Positions 41,301-50,484 of a stretch of DNA of 64,000 nucleotides are shown here, piece by piece. The notes beneath the pieces were generated by a model, which worked only from the letters and a program-made list of their open reading frames with translations, did no database searches and was not told where the DNA came from. This DNA comes from Gemmatales bacterium (GTDB lineage: Bacteria; Planctomycetota; Planctomycetia; Gemmatales; HRBIN36), in NCBI GenBank assembly GCA_041640595.1, contig JBEPZY010000006.1:64001-128000 (forward strand), written 5' to 3'. How positions within the stretch are numbered: position 1 is the first letter of the stretch; each line of letters begins with the position of its first letter. The translations under genes were made by a program, and so were the position numbers.

Positions 41301-44300
41301 GTGTCAGGCGATTGTCTTTTGCGGCCCCCGAGTGGCAGACTCCAACGGTTTGTCTGGGAGAACGTATCCTGGTTCGGTTGCCGGCCAGCTGGCATCCGTT
41401 GACGCAGGCTGAAAAGTTATGTTACGCTGCCGACCGCCAATCCGCCTTAGTCGCCAGTATCGAAGAGGCCGGTGAAGAGGCTAAGCTCGTCTGGCGACTA
41501 TGGCTTGGTGAATCCCCCGCGCCAAACGATTCTCTCGTTTCGCACTCGCCCGGTTTCCCTGTGCCCGGCTCGTGGGCCATCTGGGAAATCTTTCCGTCAG
41601 CTACTTCGACCAGCTTCTGGGTGGATACCGAGCGTGCCCAGGCGTTATCGGCAGCGATAACGGCTGCCCTGATGGTTCTGGGCACGGTTGCATTACGCTG
41701 GATACCGCGAACGACCATTACGGTGTCCATGGCGGTGCTCTTCGTGTGTCTGTTGGCGCTTATCTGGTTACCAGAAGGGTTGACCCCGGTGATTTTGTGG
41801 CCTTGCGTGGCATGTGCTTTTGTGGGCGTCCTCTGGCTACGCAGGCAGCACGTGCAGGAAACTGCGACCGCAGAAGCAGCTGGCACCACCGACTGGTTCC
41901 AGGGAGTGAGCAGCGCTGTCGTGCTGGGTATGATGATTTCGTGCTGGGCAGGGTTGACGCTGGCCCAGGAAAATGCGGAATCCACCAGCGACATCGCTGC
42001 CGCTCCTCCCCCCGAGAACAAGGCCAAGTCGGTGGTGGTTTTACTGCACTACCGTGAAAGCGAGGGAGCAAGTTTGCGAGAATGGGTGCTGGTGCCGGAA
42101 CCAGTGTGGCAAGGCTGGCAGAAAACGTTGCGAGCATCCACACCGCAACCGGCCTGGTGCATTACTGCCAGTCGCTGGAAGATTCGAATACCGGCTTCTC
42201 CTACTGGTCATGCGAACAGCCTTCCGGAGGGAAGCCGTGCTTCTCGGCCAGAGCAGGACAGCGTTGCTCAGGTGGTTTGGGAGCTGGAAGTGCATGTGCT
42301 CGACAAGGAGGCCCGACTTAAACTCGCTGTAGCCGGGGTGCGCTGGCAACAGATTGAGGGAATTCACTCGGGCCAGAAGCGAACCGTTGAAGTTACCCCG
42401 CTCGATCAGCCAGGTGGCTTGCTGATTCGTTTGCCCGAGCCGGGCGAACATCGTCTCGAACTAACCGGGCAAGTGGAGATTCAGCGCAACGGGCAGGAAT
42501 CCCGACTTGCCTGGGAAGTACCTCCCATTCCGACGACTCAAGTGTTGGCGGAATTTCCAGCCGGCGTTCTGTATGCCGATTGCCCGACGGCTCGTGGTTG
42601 GCGGCGACTCCATTCTGACGCCAAACCAATGCCCCCGGCGAATATCCCCGTATCCCTGCAAGCGGAACTCGGATCGGCCTCGCAGATTCTCCTCAGCTGG
42701 CAAATCCCCGACGATAGTAAACGCACCTGGAAGGTGGATGAAGCCCATCTGCTGCGATTCGGAACCAGAGAAATGCGTCTGCAAACGCAGGCCCGTTATG
42801 ACATTTCCCAGGGTTTGGTCAACGAACTGCGATGGTCGGTGCCGGAGTTTTGCGACGTGCAATCGGTTGAAATGCGGCCGCTTGGGCAGACAACTCCCGT
42901 TTCGATTAGCTGGCGAACTGTTTCCAGCCCGACGGGGCGCATCCTGATAGTGCAACCGCAGCGGCCAATTGGTGGCAGCTGGCAGATAACTATTGACACC
43001 GCGATCGTCCCAGCCAGTGCTTCGGTGTGGAGGAAATGGCAAACCGCTTTCCTGGCTGGCTACATTGTTACCCCGCAATTCCCTTTACGATTAGCGCTGG
43101 CGCAATTGGAAGGTCTGGAAACCTGGACACACCGTCGGCTCGCGCTGGAGCTAAGCCTGCCTCGTGCACTGGCCCCAGGCGCTACTCGTCGGGCATTGCT
43201 CGCCTGTCAGGCCGACGATGGTCTGACCGTTGAGGTTACGGCAACCTCTCAGGCAACTCTCACCAACTGGGATACCGCCGTCGCTCAGGGCTGGTCAATT
43301 CTTCTGCCCCAGCCAGGGTCGGACAAAGGTGCAAGCACGGATTCTCGCCAGCGGTTGTTTCGGATCACCGGCATCAATCCGCGCTTCTGGATCACTGTCT
43401 ATCGCAAACCGGCGGAACCTGTGGTAGAGTCCAGCGTGGTCCTGGAACTGGACTGGTTCCAGCCGACGGCAACGTTCCGGCTGAAACTACATAATTCGCA
43501 TCAGAATTTGCCCGTGTCAGCCGTATGTCAATTACCCAGTGGCCTGCGTATTCAGGAAGTATCCGGAGACCAGCTGAGTGGCTGGCAGCAGGAAGGAAAC
43601 ACGTTGCGGCTGTGGTGGCGGCAGCGTTTGCCTGGCACGTTAGTGCAAATTCGCGGCATCATCCTGCCGTCCGCAGAAGCTGGTCGCCGCTGGTTAGCCT
43701 TGCCCAATCTGCAGATGATCGGTTTTCAGCAAACAGTTACCGTCTTTGAGATCAATGCCGCCAGCGGATTGGAGTTCCGGGTCAACAAAGCGCAGGGTTT
43801 GAAAGCGCGGACACAGTCACCGTCTTGGGCTGTCTATGAAGCTCAGGGTGCGAAATTCGCTGGCATCGTGGAAATCCTGCCGCTTGCTGGCAGTTTGCAG
43901 GTGCAAATGAACGCAACGTTACTGGCGGAGCCGCTCTGGTGGGAAAACCTCGTGGAGTGCCGCACCAGCAGCGGCTCGATGCGGAAAATCGAACTGACTA
44001 TCGAACCCTGGTCGGGTTCTGCCCCGCTGGTCATCAGCGAGGAGTTACATCGAACCGAAGTCGTCCCGCTACCGGATGGTCGCGGTTATCGTATTCATCT
44101 GGAGTTTCCCGATACGGCATCGTTATTCGACAAAACCGTTCGCTTTCTGCTCGCCGGGCGCCCACCGCTCACCAGCGAAGGTGCCGTAATCCTGCCGACA
44201 GTGAAAGTGTCCGAAGCGGCGAACGTGCGGCATCTCTTAACGACCTGGCCACGCCATGCCGAGATTGCAGGCGCCACTCCCGAAAAAGACGCCCGGCTTT

Positions 44301-45502
44301 TACCGATCGAACCGCGAGAAAAACCGCCCACCGTTCGCTTGCGAGCCAGGCGGGCCAAGCATATCGATCTACTGCATCAAGCTGCTGACTGCTGGTATGG
44401 CCAGGCTGGCCGAGTTTATATGCGTTACTCCTGCTGGCTGGTACATCCGTCGCGAGCGACGCTGTGCTTTCGGCCCCCGACGACCGTCCAGCTTGTTCAA
44501 GTTTATGTCAACGACCTGCCGGTACCGTGGTGGCAACAGCAAGACTGGCTCTGTGTCGCTCTCCATTCTCCTTCCGGGATTTCGCAAGTACAAATGTTCT
44601 TCGTCTCGCAGAATGAATCTACCTGGCCGGTGCTGGCAGTGGATAGTTCGTCGGAAAAAGACATCTGGGTGCGGTTAATTCGGCCGGCCTACGCAGATGC
44701 GATTGCTGCAGCCAATCCAGCCGGTCCATCGCCAGCACTGATTACCGGTTCGGAGCCGGTGCAGATAAAACTGGCCCAAGTCGAAGACTGTCTCGATTGG
44801 CTGAAACGCACGTTGCCAGCAGCAAAGAGCGATTTGCTTCCAACTTTAGCCAGGGTCGTTCAGGTCGCCGGACAATTGCTGACTACCTTGGAACAACAGC
44901 CTGTTCCGGAACAGCTATCGCAGAAAGTGAAAACCATGCAGCAAAGGTGGGCAAGTGTCGCCGACCAATTGCTGACTGCCCTGAAACAACAGCCCGCTCC
45001 GGAACAGCTATCGCAGGAAGTGAAAGCCATGCTGCAAAGGCGGGTACGTGTGGCGGAATCACCACAATTGGCACCTTCAGGCCTGTCGGAGAGCAGCAGG
45101 ACGACGTTTCCGCCCCAAGGCAACGCCAGACCATTCGTCGCCGGCGAACCGGTCTGGCAACCCTGGCCGGCTCGCCAGCCTTTGGTAGTGCCCGCTTCTT
45201 CATCTGGCACGCTCCCGGTTAACCCTGCTGCCTGGCTGGCCACTGCTATTCTCGCACTGGTCTGGGTGGCGGTGAGTTTGATCGCGCGATCGCACACGCT
45301 TTCTCGTTATGCCCGCCGACTGGCTCCAGAGTTGCTGCTGCTGGCAGCGGTTTACTGGTGGGTGTTCCTTAAACCTTCCTGGCCGGCTGCTATCCTGGCC
45401 GGCTGTGCGGTCATCTGGCGGTTGCTACGCTGGTTTCGACCTCGCAGCGTGGCTTTAGATGATGCCAGTTTTGTGCTTTCCCGATCCCAACCAGCTCCCT
45501 GA
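38315..45502 (+). CDS. Giant two-module membrane-anchored hypothetical protein (2395 aa)
   Basis: Signal peptide (GYG-QE), central TM cluster plus an internal signal-like segment, C-terminal TM cluster. Confidence 0.8.
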   Translation: MPRIHWAYHAVAICSALVAGLFFSPGYGQEPEIRHVELDAKAAEAQLRRQPGWVRISRDELERTLAAIRQRQQTVTPQIVHAEYQARWEDRALVGETRWQVWVAEAEKTASPNQVEPSRDDTSTRPVWWQWQPFSLALRLPVRVNGQPTLAGGTGSGEVGIWLPDKPNATPAGTDSRQDNANPVAAAFAPSNSLGRYYDVAFSWSARLEARGEEEFVVLEFPPAPLANFHVELPAHIRPVLRDKETALWSVTPVANRPQWRRYSWALSPGQTRLALNFRRHVSKPGAALLHVHQQVEHSLTADHWQARYQLALESSQERLDRVMIHLPAGTEVLSVQERLRGLSAESWKQQVTPQACLLEVILPALGERRVELDILCRPVPLRPGQSLAFPLARVNGSASMTSVISIRWSPELTLRAWQFGDFQPQHPPQLVQEKVWQLTLEQATLPLLPIVSLPRAQVARHTADLSVQAEFQCHLGVTESELRAQLIWSVRSGSAFSFPVRLPEGWQVTDVHLLADHEKASQEEANWLVRQQGQRLIAELQKGVLTAPATVRMLLRMRATSAQPDFTRRQEWPLPEIVPEQVGWAQAKWYIWLERIRYETETERRRLAGVLLPGPAWSMRPEDPGPGQGGKSPPDYVFLGPLPSGSRMRIEPLTADYRTSVETHLEIASDLRPSSDASSRPAQDWPGQLYVRWSVLIKPASGLVRSAQVRFPGEVPDLTWKVVTGENRVQSTQKRLIKEKSSLSAGSDELADNQTQEATWTIYEWTFDRPSLAPIRLEADWLFPCLTEAGTVTAESSRQDMGRPPIHRPLWRIPLVCGLAKQWWEGIITVGDSFPANLDLMVLPVATESQLPAGLVDANNEGLQERRLHPPERYYQPALVVVGARPLSPPQPVIQGALLGISWDGSRELICDYYAWLRAAPQVAPAAELQLRLPTNADLRFVRIFRVRNGQAIPAETLSKALAEAQTGMLTLPVLSGGTVLYHLRYTLPATGRLGVRRLSFAAPEWQTPTVCLGERILVRLPASWHPLTQAEKLCYAADRQSALVASIEEAGEEAKLVWRLWLGESPAPNDSLVSHSPGFPVPGSWAIWEIFPSATSTSFWVDTERAQALSAAITAALMVLGTVALRWIPRTTITVSMAVLFVCLLALIWLPEGLTPVILWPCVACAFVGVLWLRRQHVQETATAEAAGTTDWFQGVSSAVVLGMMISCWAGLTLAQENAESTSDIAAAPPPENKAKSVVVLLHYRESEGASLREWVLVPEPVWQGWQKTLRASTPQPAWCITASRWKIRIPASPTGHANSLPEGSRASRPEQDSVAQVVWELEVHVLDKEARLKLAVAGVRWQQIEGIHSGQKRTVEVTPLDQPGGLLIRLPEPGEHRLELTGQVEIQRNGQESRLAWEVPPIPTTQVLAEFPAGVLYADCPTARGWRRLHSDAKPMPPANIPVSLQAELGSASQILLSWQIPDDSKRTWKVDEAHLLRFGTREMRLQTQARYDISQGLVNELRWSVPEFCDVQSVEMRPLGQTTPVSISWRTVSSPTGRILIVQPQRPIGGSWQITIDTAIVPASASVWRKWQTAFLAGYIVTPQFPLRLALAQLEGLETWTHRRLALELSLPRALAPGATRRALLACQADDGLTVEVTATSQATLTNWDTAVAQGWSILLPQPGSDKGASTDSRQRLFRITGINPRFWITVYRKPAEPVVESSVVLELDWFQPTATFRLKLHNSHQNLPVSAVCQLPSGLRIQEVSGDQLSGWQQEGNTLRLWWRQRLPGTLVQIRGIILPSAEAGRRWLALPNLQMIGFQQTVTVFEINAASGLEFRVNKAQGLKARTQSPSWAVYEAQGAKFAGIVEILPLAGSLQVQMNATLLAEPLWWENLVECRTSSGSMRKIELTIEPWSGSAPLVISEELHRTEVVPLPDGRGYRIHLEFPDTASLFDKTVRFLLAGRPPLTSEGAVILPTVKVSEAANVRHLLTTWPRHAEIAGATPEKDARLLPIEPREKPPTVRLRARRAKHIDLLHQAADCWYGQAGRVYMRYSCWLVHPSRATLCFRPPTTVQLVQVYVNDLPVPWWQQQDWLCVALHSPSGISQVQMFFVSQNESTWPVLAVDSSSEKDIWVRLIRPAYADAIAAANPAGPSPALITGSEPVQIKLAQVEDCLDWLKRTLPAAKSDLLPTLARVVQVAGQLLTTLEQQPVPEQLSQKVKTMQQRWASVADQLLTALKQQPAPEQLSQEVKAMLQRRVRVAESPQLAPSGLSESSRTTFPPQGNARPFVAGEPVWQPWPARQPLVVPASSSGTLPVNPAAWLATAILALVWVAVSLIARSHTLSRYARRLAPELLLLAAVYWWVFLKPSWPAAILAGCAVIWRLLRWFRPRSVALDDASFVLSRSQPAP
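44864..45049 (+). repeat. In-frame 93-nt (31-aa) tandem duplication
   Basis: VAGQLLTTLEQQPVPEQLSQKVKTMQQRWAS / VADQLLTALKQQPAPEQLSQEVKAMLQRRVR; copies start at 44864 and 44957. Confidence 0.9.
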
Positions 45503-45573
45503 GCAGGCACGGAAGCGGTTTGCGCCGTATGATGGAACAGGAAGATCGCAGAGTGATTTCAGGAGAGGTTTCC

Positions 45574-46014
45574 ATGCCACGCACTTTTGAAGGACACGGC
45601 ATCCGCTTCCAGTACCCCGACGACTGGGAACTGGAAGAAACGGAAATGGAACCGGGCTGGATGGTCTCCGTCCAGAGTCCGAATACAGCGTTTATGCTAT
45701 TGAGCATGCATCCGCCGGAATTGAGTGTGGATGACGTGCTCGAGGCAACGCTGGCGGCTTTGCGCGACGATTACCGCGACCTCGAATGCGAACCGGTGCG
45801 GCAAAAGATTTGTCGTCGCCAGGCCAAGGGCTACGACGTCCAGTTCGTCAGCATGGACTTCACCAACACCTGCTGGATCCGCAGTTTCCGCATTCCTGAG
45901 CGCACCGTGCTGATCATGTGCCAGGCGACGGACATGGAAATGGATGAGGCAGAATCCGCACTGCGGGACATTCTCGCTTCGTTGCAATTGACCCATGACG
46001 TCGCGCAATCCTGA
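45574..46014 (+). CDS. Mog1/PsbP-like hypothetical protein
   Basis: GIRFQYPDDW N-terminal motif and ILASLQL C-terminus; GGAGAGG RBS. Confidence 0.6.
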   Translation: MPRTFEGHGIRFQYPDDWELEETEMEPGWMVSVQSPNTAFMLLSMHPPELSVDDVLEATLAALRDDYRDLECEPVRQKICRRQAKGYDVQFVSMDFTNTCWIRSFRIPERTVLIMCQATDMEMDEAESALRDILASLQLTHDVAQS

Positions 46015-48250
46015 TTGCCTGTCGCACGCCGCTGCCGGCGCGGGAAACATGGCCTCGACCGTTTCCACTCCCGACGCGTCACGACCCAGCGCCACCGTGT
46101 CCGAGGAGCTCGGTTACCACCCCAAACCGGCCCGCGAGGTTTTCGGGCAAGCCCTGCCCACGCCGCTGATGCGACACCTGCACCGGGCGCGAATCCTGTT
46201 TGAGGCCATCCGCCCTGCTGTTGATCAGGGGCGATATCCTATCAAGCGTGAACTCGGCGAGGTGTTGACGGTCGAAGCGGATGTATTCCGCGAAGGGCAC
46301 GATGTGCTTTCGGTACGCCTGCTTTACCGCCACGAACATGACCGCGTCTGGCACGAGGTGCCCATGCGCCCTCTGGGTAACGACCGCTGGACAGGCGAAT
46401 TTCGGCTGGAGAAGCTCGGCGAATACTATTACACCCTGGCTGCCTGGACCGATACCTTTGCATCCTGGCTCGACGGTGTACGGCGAAAAGTCGCTGATGG
46501 TCAGGACGTTCGGAGCGACCTGTTAGAAGGAGCGGCGTGGTTACGGCAAACGGCGGCTGTACTGTCGGCGAACCAGTCAACTTCCCCTTCCCATGTCCCC
46601 GGCAATATGACACAGGACGGTACCCAGGCAGCACCGTCTGTGCACACGTTTCCCTTGTTTTCCACCGCCCTGGCGAACGAAATCACTACCACTGCACCTG
46701 CCGATGCTGCTCGGGAATTGCAGCGAATCGCCGATGAGCTGGAGCGTCTGCCTCAGGAAGAAGCGATGGCGCTGGTGCAACAACCGCAGCTGTTGGACTG
46801 GCTACAGCGCTGGCAGCCGCGTTTGCATTACTGCGTGCATGAGCCTGCGTTGCGGGTCATTGTGGATCGTCGGCTGGCGTGTTTTGCTGCCTGGTACGAA
46901 TTATTTCCTCGCTCCGCCTCGCCAGTACCTGGTCGGCACGGAACGTTCCGGGATGTGCAGGCGTTGCTGCCGGAACTGCATGACCTGGGTTTCGACGTCC
47001 TGTATTTTCCGCCCATTCACCCCATTGGTCGGACCCACCGCAAGGGTAAGAATAATAGCCCCGTTGCCGGTCCAGACGATCCCGGTTCACCCTGGGCAAT
47101 TGGAAACGAGTACGGCGGGCACACGGCTATCGAACCCCAGCTGGGTACGCTGGACGATTTTCGAGAACTAGTTCGTGCAGCCGCCAGTTACGGCATTGAG
47201 ATCGCCCTGGATTTCGCCATTCAATGTTCTCCCGACCATCCCTACGTTCGCCAGCATCCGGAATGGTTCCGCCACCGTCCGGATGGCACCATCAAATATG
47301 CGGAAAACCCGCCCAAGAAATACCAGGACATTTACCCTCTGGATTTCGATAGCCCTGCCTGGGCGGAGTTGTGGTATGAGTGGCGGCGAGTGTTACGGTT
47401 CTGGATTATGCAGGGCGTCCGGATTTTCCGCGTGGACAATCCTCACACCAAGCCCATCCGTTTCTGGGAATGGTTGCTGCGCGAGATCAAGCGGGAGTTT
47501 CCGGAGGTAATTTTCCTCTCGGAAGCCTTCACTCGACCGAAAATCATGAAGGCCCTGGCGAAAGCAGGGTTTACGCAGTCCTACACCTATTTCGCCTGGC
47601 GCAACACTCGCCGCGAGCTGGTCGAGTACCTCACCGAGCTCACGCAGACGGAAATGGCCGAATACTTCCGCCCCTCCTTCTGGCCGAATACCCCGGACAT
47701 TCTGACGGAGTATTTGCAAACCGGAGGTCGGCCGGCCTTCAAGATTCGGCTGGTGCTGGCGGCTACTCTTTCGCCGCTCTACGGAATCTATAGTGGCTAC
47801 GAGTTCTGTGAAAACGTTCCGCTTCGCCCGGGCAGTGAGGAATATCTCCACTCCGAAAAATACGAAATCAAACATCGCGATCGCAACGCTCCAGGCAACA
47901 TCAAGGATTTCATTCGCCGGATCAATCACTTTCGCCGACAACACCCCGCCCTGCAACAGCTACGCAATCTACGTTTCCACGAGACCACCAACGACCAGTT
48001 GCTCTGCTACAGCAAGGCAACCGCCGATTTTCGGGATGTGGTGCTGGTGGTCGTCAACCTCGACCCACACCGACCGCAGGAGGGTGTAACGCGATTGCAG
48101 TTGGCCGAGCTTGGTTTACCCCACGGCGCGCATTTTCTGGTGGAAGACGCCCTGACAGGTTCCGTCTGGCACTGGCATGGTGCCGAAAATTACGTTCGAC
48201 TCGACCCGCAGCAGGAACCGGCTCACCTTTTCGTGGTGCGACCTGCCTGA
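45995..48250 (+). CDS. glgE: Alpha-1,4-glucan:maltose-1-phosphate maltosyltransferase (start uncertain)
   Basis: WYELFPRS, PPIHPIG, YAENPPKKYQDIYP, FRVDNPHTKP and NTPDIL motifs. Confidence 0.95.
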   Translation: MTSRNPDCLSHAAAGAGNMASTVSTPDASRPSATVSEELGYHPKPAREVFGQALPTPLMRHLHRARILFEAIRPAVDQGRYPIKRELGEVLTVEADVFREGHDVLSVRLLYRHEHDRVWHEVPMRPLGNDRWTGEFRLEKLGEYYYTLAAWTDTFASWLDGVRRKVADGQDVRSDLLEGAAWLRQTAAVLSANQSTSPSHVPGNMTQDGTQAAPSVHTFPLFSTALANEITTTAPADAARELQRIADELERLPQEEAMALVQQPQLLDWLQRWQPRLHYCVHEPALRVIVDRRLACFAAWYELFPRSASPVPGRHGTFRDVQALLPELHDLGFDVLYFPPIHPIGRTHRKGKNNSPVAGPDDPGSPWAIGNEYGGHTAIEPQLGTLDDFRELVRAAASYGIEIALDFAIQCSPDHPYVRQHPEWFRHRPDGTIKYAENPPKKYQDIYPLDFDSPAWAELWYEWRRVLRFWIMQGVRIFRVDNPHTKPIRFWEWLLREIKREFPEVIFLSEAFTRPKIMKALAKAGFTQSYTYFAWRNTRRELVEYLTELTQTEMAEYFRPSFWPNTPDILTEYLQTGGRPAFKIRLVLAATLSPLYGIYSGYEFCENVPLRPGSEEYLHSEKYEIKHRDRNAPGNIKDFIRRINHFRRQHPALQQLRNLRFHETTNDQLLCYSKATADFRDVVLVVVNLDPHRPQEGVTRLQLAELGLPHGAHFLVEDALTGSVWHWHGAENYVRLDPQQEPAHLFVVRPA

Positions 48251-48262
48251 ACCGTGAGCGAG

Positions 48263-48730
48263 CTACCAGGATTCATAATCGGCCAGATCTTTCCTTGGTT
48301 TCTTCTGCTGGTCCTCATCCTCCCACCAGGCTTCTTCCTCTTCGGGGGTGCGAGTAAGCCCGGCTCGTTCCAGGAGCGACTGAGAGAAAATCTCCTCTTC
48401 CTCGACTTCTTCCATAGCCCGACGCGGACCAACTATCTCGTATTCGATACGGAATTTCCGCTTGGCGATTTCCAGCTCATCCCCGGGTCGGAGGATTTTC
48501 TGGCCGATGATCCTGTGGCCGTTGATCTTGGTGCCGTTGGTGCTGTTGAGGTCTTTCACCCACCAGTAACCTTCCTTGTACGTCAACTCGGCGTGCATGG
48601 CCGAAACATTGGGAAACTTCAAGCAGATGTCGCACGAATCGCGGCGACCAATGATCATGCGGTCGCGCACCAACGGAATCTCGTCCCCACCGCCCAGCGG
48701 TATCAACTTCCCCTTGACATTGGCTGCCAT
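48263..48730 (-). CDS. FHA domain protein with acidic C-terminal tail
   Basis: IGRR, VS..HA and DL.STNGT.ING motifs. Confidence 0.9.
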   Translation of the reverse strand: MAANVKGKLIPLGGGDEIPLVRDRMIIGRRDSCDICLKFPNVSAMHAELTYKEGYWWVKDLNSTNGTKINGHRIIGQKILRPGDELEIAKRKFRIEYEIVGPRRAMEEVEEEEIFSQSLLERAGLTRTPEEEEAWWEDEDQQKKPRKDLADYESW

Positions 48731-48881
48731 GACCAGGGCCTCCTTCGCTTTGCGGAAAATGAAGTGAAAAGGACTTCCCAATTAATCTAGGTTCCCCGCC
48801 ACTCGGAAAGCAAGAGGATTGTACAATGCTAATAAAAAGCCGCCAATGGCACCGGCGGGCATGGATGGAACGAGGCAGGTT

Positions 48882-50333
48882 ATGTTCGAAACGATTCAAA
48901 AAGCTCTAGGCAATGCTTTGCAGAAGTTAACCACTCGCGGTCGGCTGACAGAAGCCAATATCCGCGAAGGTCTGGAAGAGGTACGCCGTGCGCTTCTGGA
49001 GGCCGACGTCAACTACCACGTTGCCCAGGCCTTCATCGAGCGTGTCACCCAGAAGGCCGTCGGTCAGCAGATCATTCGCAGCATCAATCCCAGCCATCAA
49101 ATCGTCAAGATCGTCTATGACGAGCTGGTGCAGTTGATGGGGCCGGTGGACCACCGTATCCCGTTCGCCAAAGATCGGCCCACGGTGATTATGCTGTGTG
49201 GCTTACAGGGAAGCGGAAAGACAACAACGGCTGCGAAACTGGCCCTGATGCTCCGGGAGCAATGGCAGCGCCGTCCCTTACTGGTAGCTGCGGACCTGCA
49301 ACGACCGGCAGCCGTGGAACAACTGGTGCAGCTGGGCCAGCAGATCGGCGTGCCTGTTTACCATGAGCAGAACGGCCAGCCTCTGAAAGTTTGCCAGCAC
49401 GCGGTAGATTACGCACGTAAGAATGGCCTGGACACTGTGATCCTGGACACGGCAGGTCGGTTGCACATCGCCGAAATGCCTATGGAAGAGTTGCGGCAAA
49501 TCGATCGCGCCGTCAAACCAGACCAGATTTACCTGGTTTGCGACGCCCTGACCGGCCAGGATGCCGTCAACAGCGCTAAAGCGTTCCACGAGGCTCTGGA
49601 ACTGAACGGCGTGATTCTGACCAAGCTGGACGGAGACGCCCGAGGCGGAGCCGCCCTCTCCATCAAAGAAGTAACCCAGGTGCCGATCAAATGGGTCGGC
49701 ATGGGCGAAAAAATCGAGCCACTCGAACCCTTTTATCCTGACCGCATGGCTCAGCGAATTCTTGGTCAGGGCGACCTGATGTCGCTGGTGGAGATGGTGG
49801 CCCGGGCCCAGCAACAGCTCGACCAGGAAGAGATACGCAAGCAGCAGGAAAAACTGGCGCAGGGCGACTTCACCCTCGACGATTTCCGCAAGCAAATGGT
49901 GCAACTGGAACGCCTCGGTATTCGCAAGATGGTCAGCATGTTGCCAGGCATGGAAGAGTTGTTGCACGAGGTGGGAGAAGACCCGGAACAAGCGCTGCGG
50001 CGAGTGCGCGGCATGATTGACTCCATGACCCCCGAGGAACGCCGCAAACCGGAAATCATCGATCTCAGCCGCCGGCGCCGTATCGCACTCGGTTCCGGCA
50101 CCGAACCGCATGAGGTGAAAAAGTTCCTCGAACAGTTCGACTTCATGCGGCAGATGATGCGGCAACTGAGCAAGATGAGTCTGTGGGATCGCCTCAAAGC
50201 CCTGATGGGACTGACCAACGTGGCTGCCTTGAATCCGGCGGCGTTGCAAAAACCGAAAATCGGCACAGGACACCGCAAGACTGCCAAAGAGCGTGCCAAA
50301 GAACGCAAGAAAAAACGCCGCCGACGGGGCTAA
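48882..50333 (+). CDS. ffh: Signal recognition particle protein
   Basis: GLQGSGKTT, DTAGR, TKLDGDARGG and SMTPEER motifs; M domain. Confidence 0.97.
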   Translation: MFETIQKALGNALQKLTTRGRLTEANIREGLEEVRRALLEADVNYHVAQAFIERVTQKAVGQQIIRSINPSHQIVKIVYDELVQLMGPVDHRIPFAKDRPTVIMLCGLQGSGKTTTAAKLALMLREQWQRRPLLVAADLQRPAAVEQLVQLGQQIGVPVYHEQNGQPLKVCQHAVDYARKNGLDTVILDTAGRLHIAEMPMEELRQIDRAVKPDQIYLVCDALTGQDAVNSAKAFHEALELNGVILTKLDGDARGGAALSIKEVTQVPIKWVGMGEKIEPLEPFYPDRMAQRILGQGDLMSLVEMVARAQQQLDQEEIRKQQEKLAQGDFTLDDFRKQMVQLERLGIRKMVSMLPGMEELLHEVGEDPEQALRRVRGMIDSMTPEERRKPEIIDLSRRRRIALGSGTEPHEVKKFLEQFDFMRQMMRQLSKMSLWDRLKALMGLTNVAALNPAALQKPKIGTGHRKTAKERAKERKKKRRRRG

Positions 50334-50484
50334 TCCATGGCCAGACCGTAACCACGCTGCACTGGCTACCGACTGACCAGCAAAACTCTCCGCACATGGG
50401 TCCGACGCGCGCCATTTCCTCCCCCGCTCGGCAACACCAGGTTGTTTCCCTATACTGAGGAAGCGCCGCTCAAGGCGAGGATGT

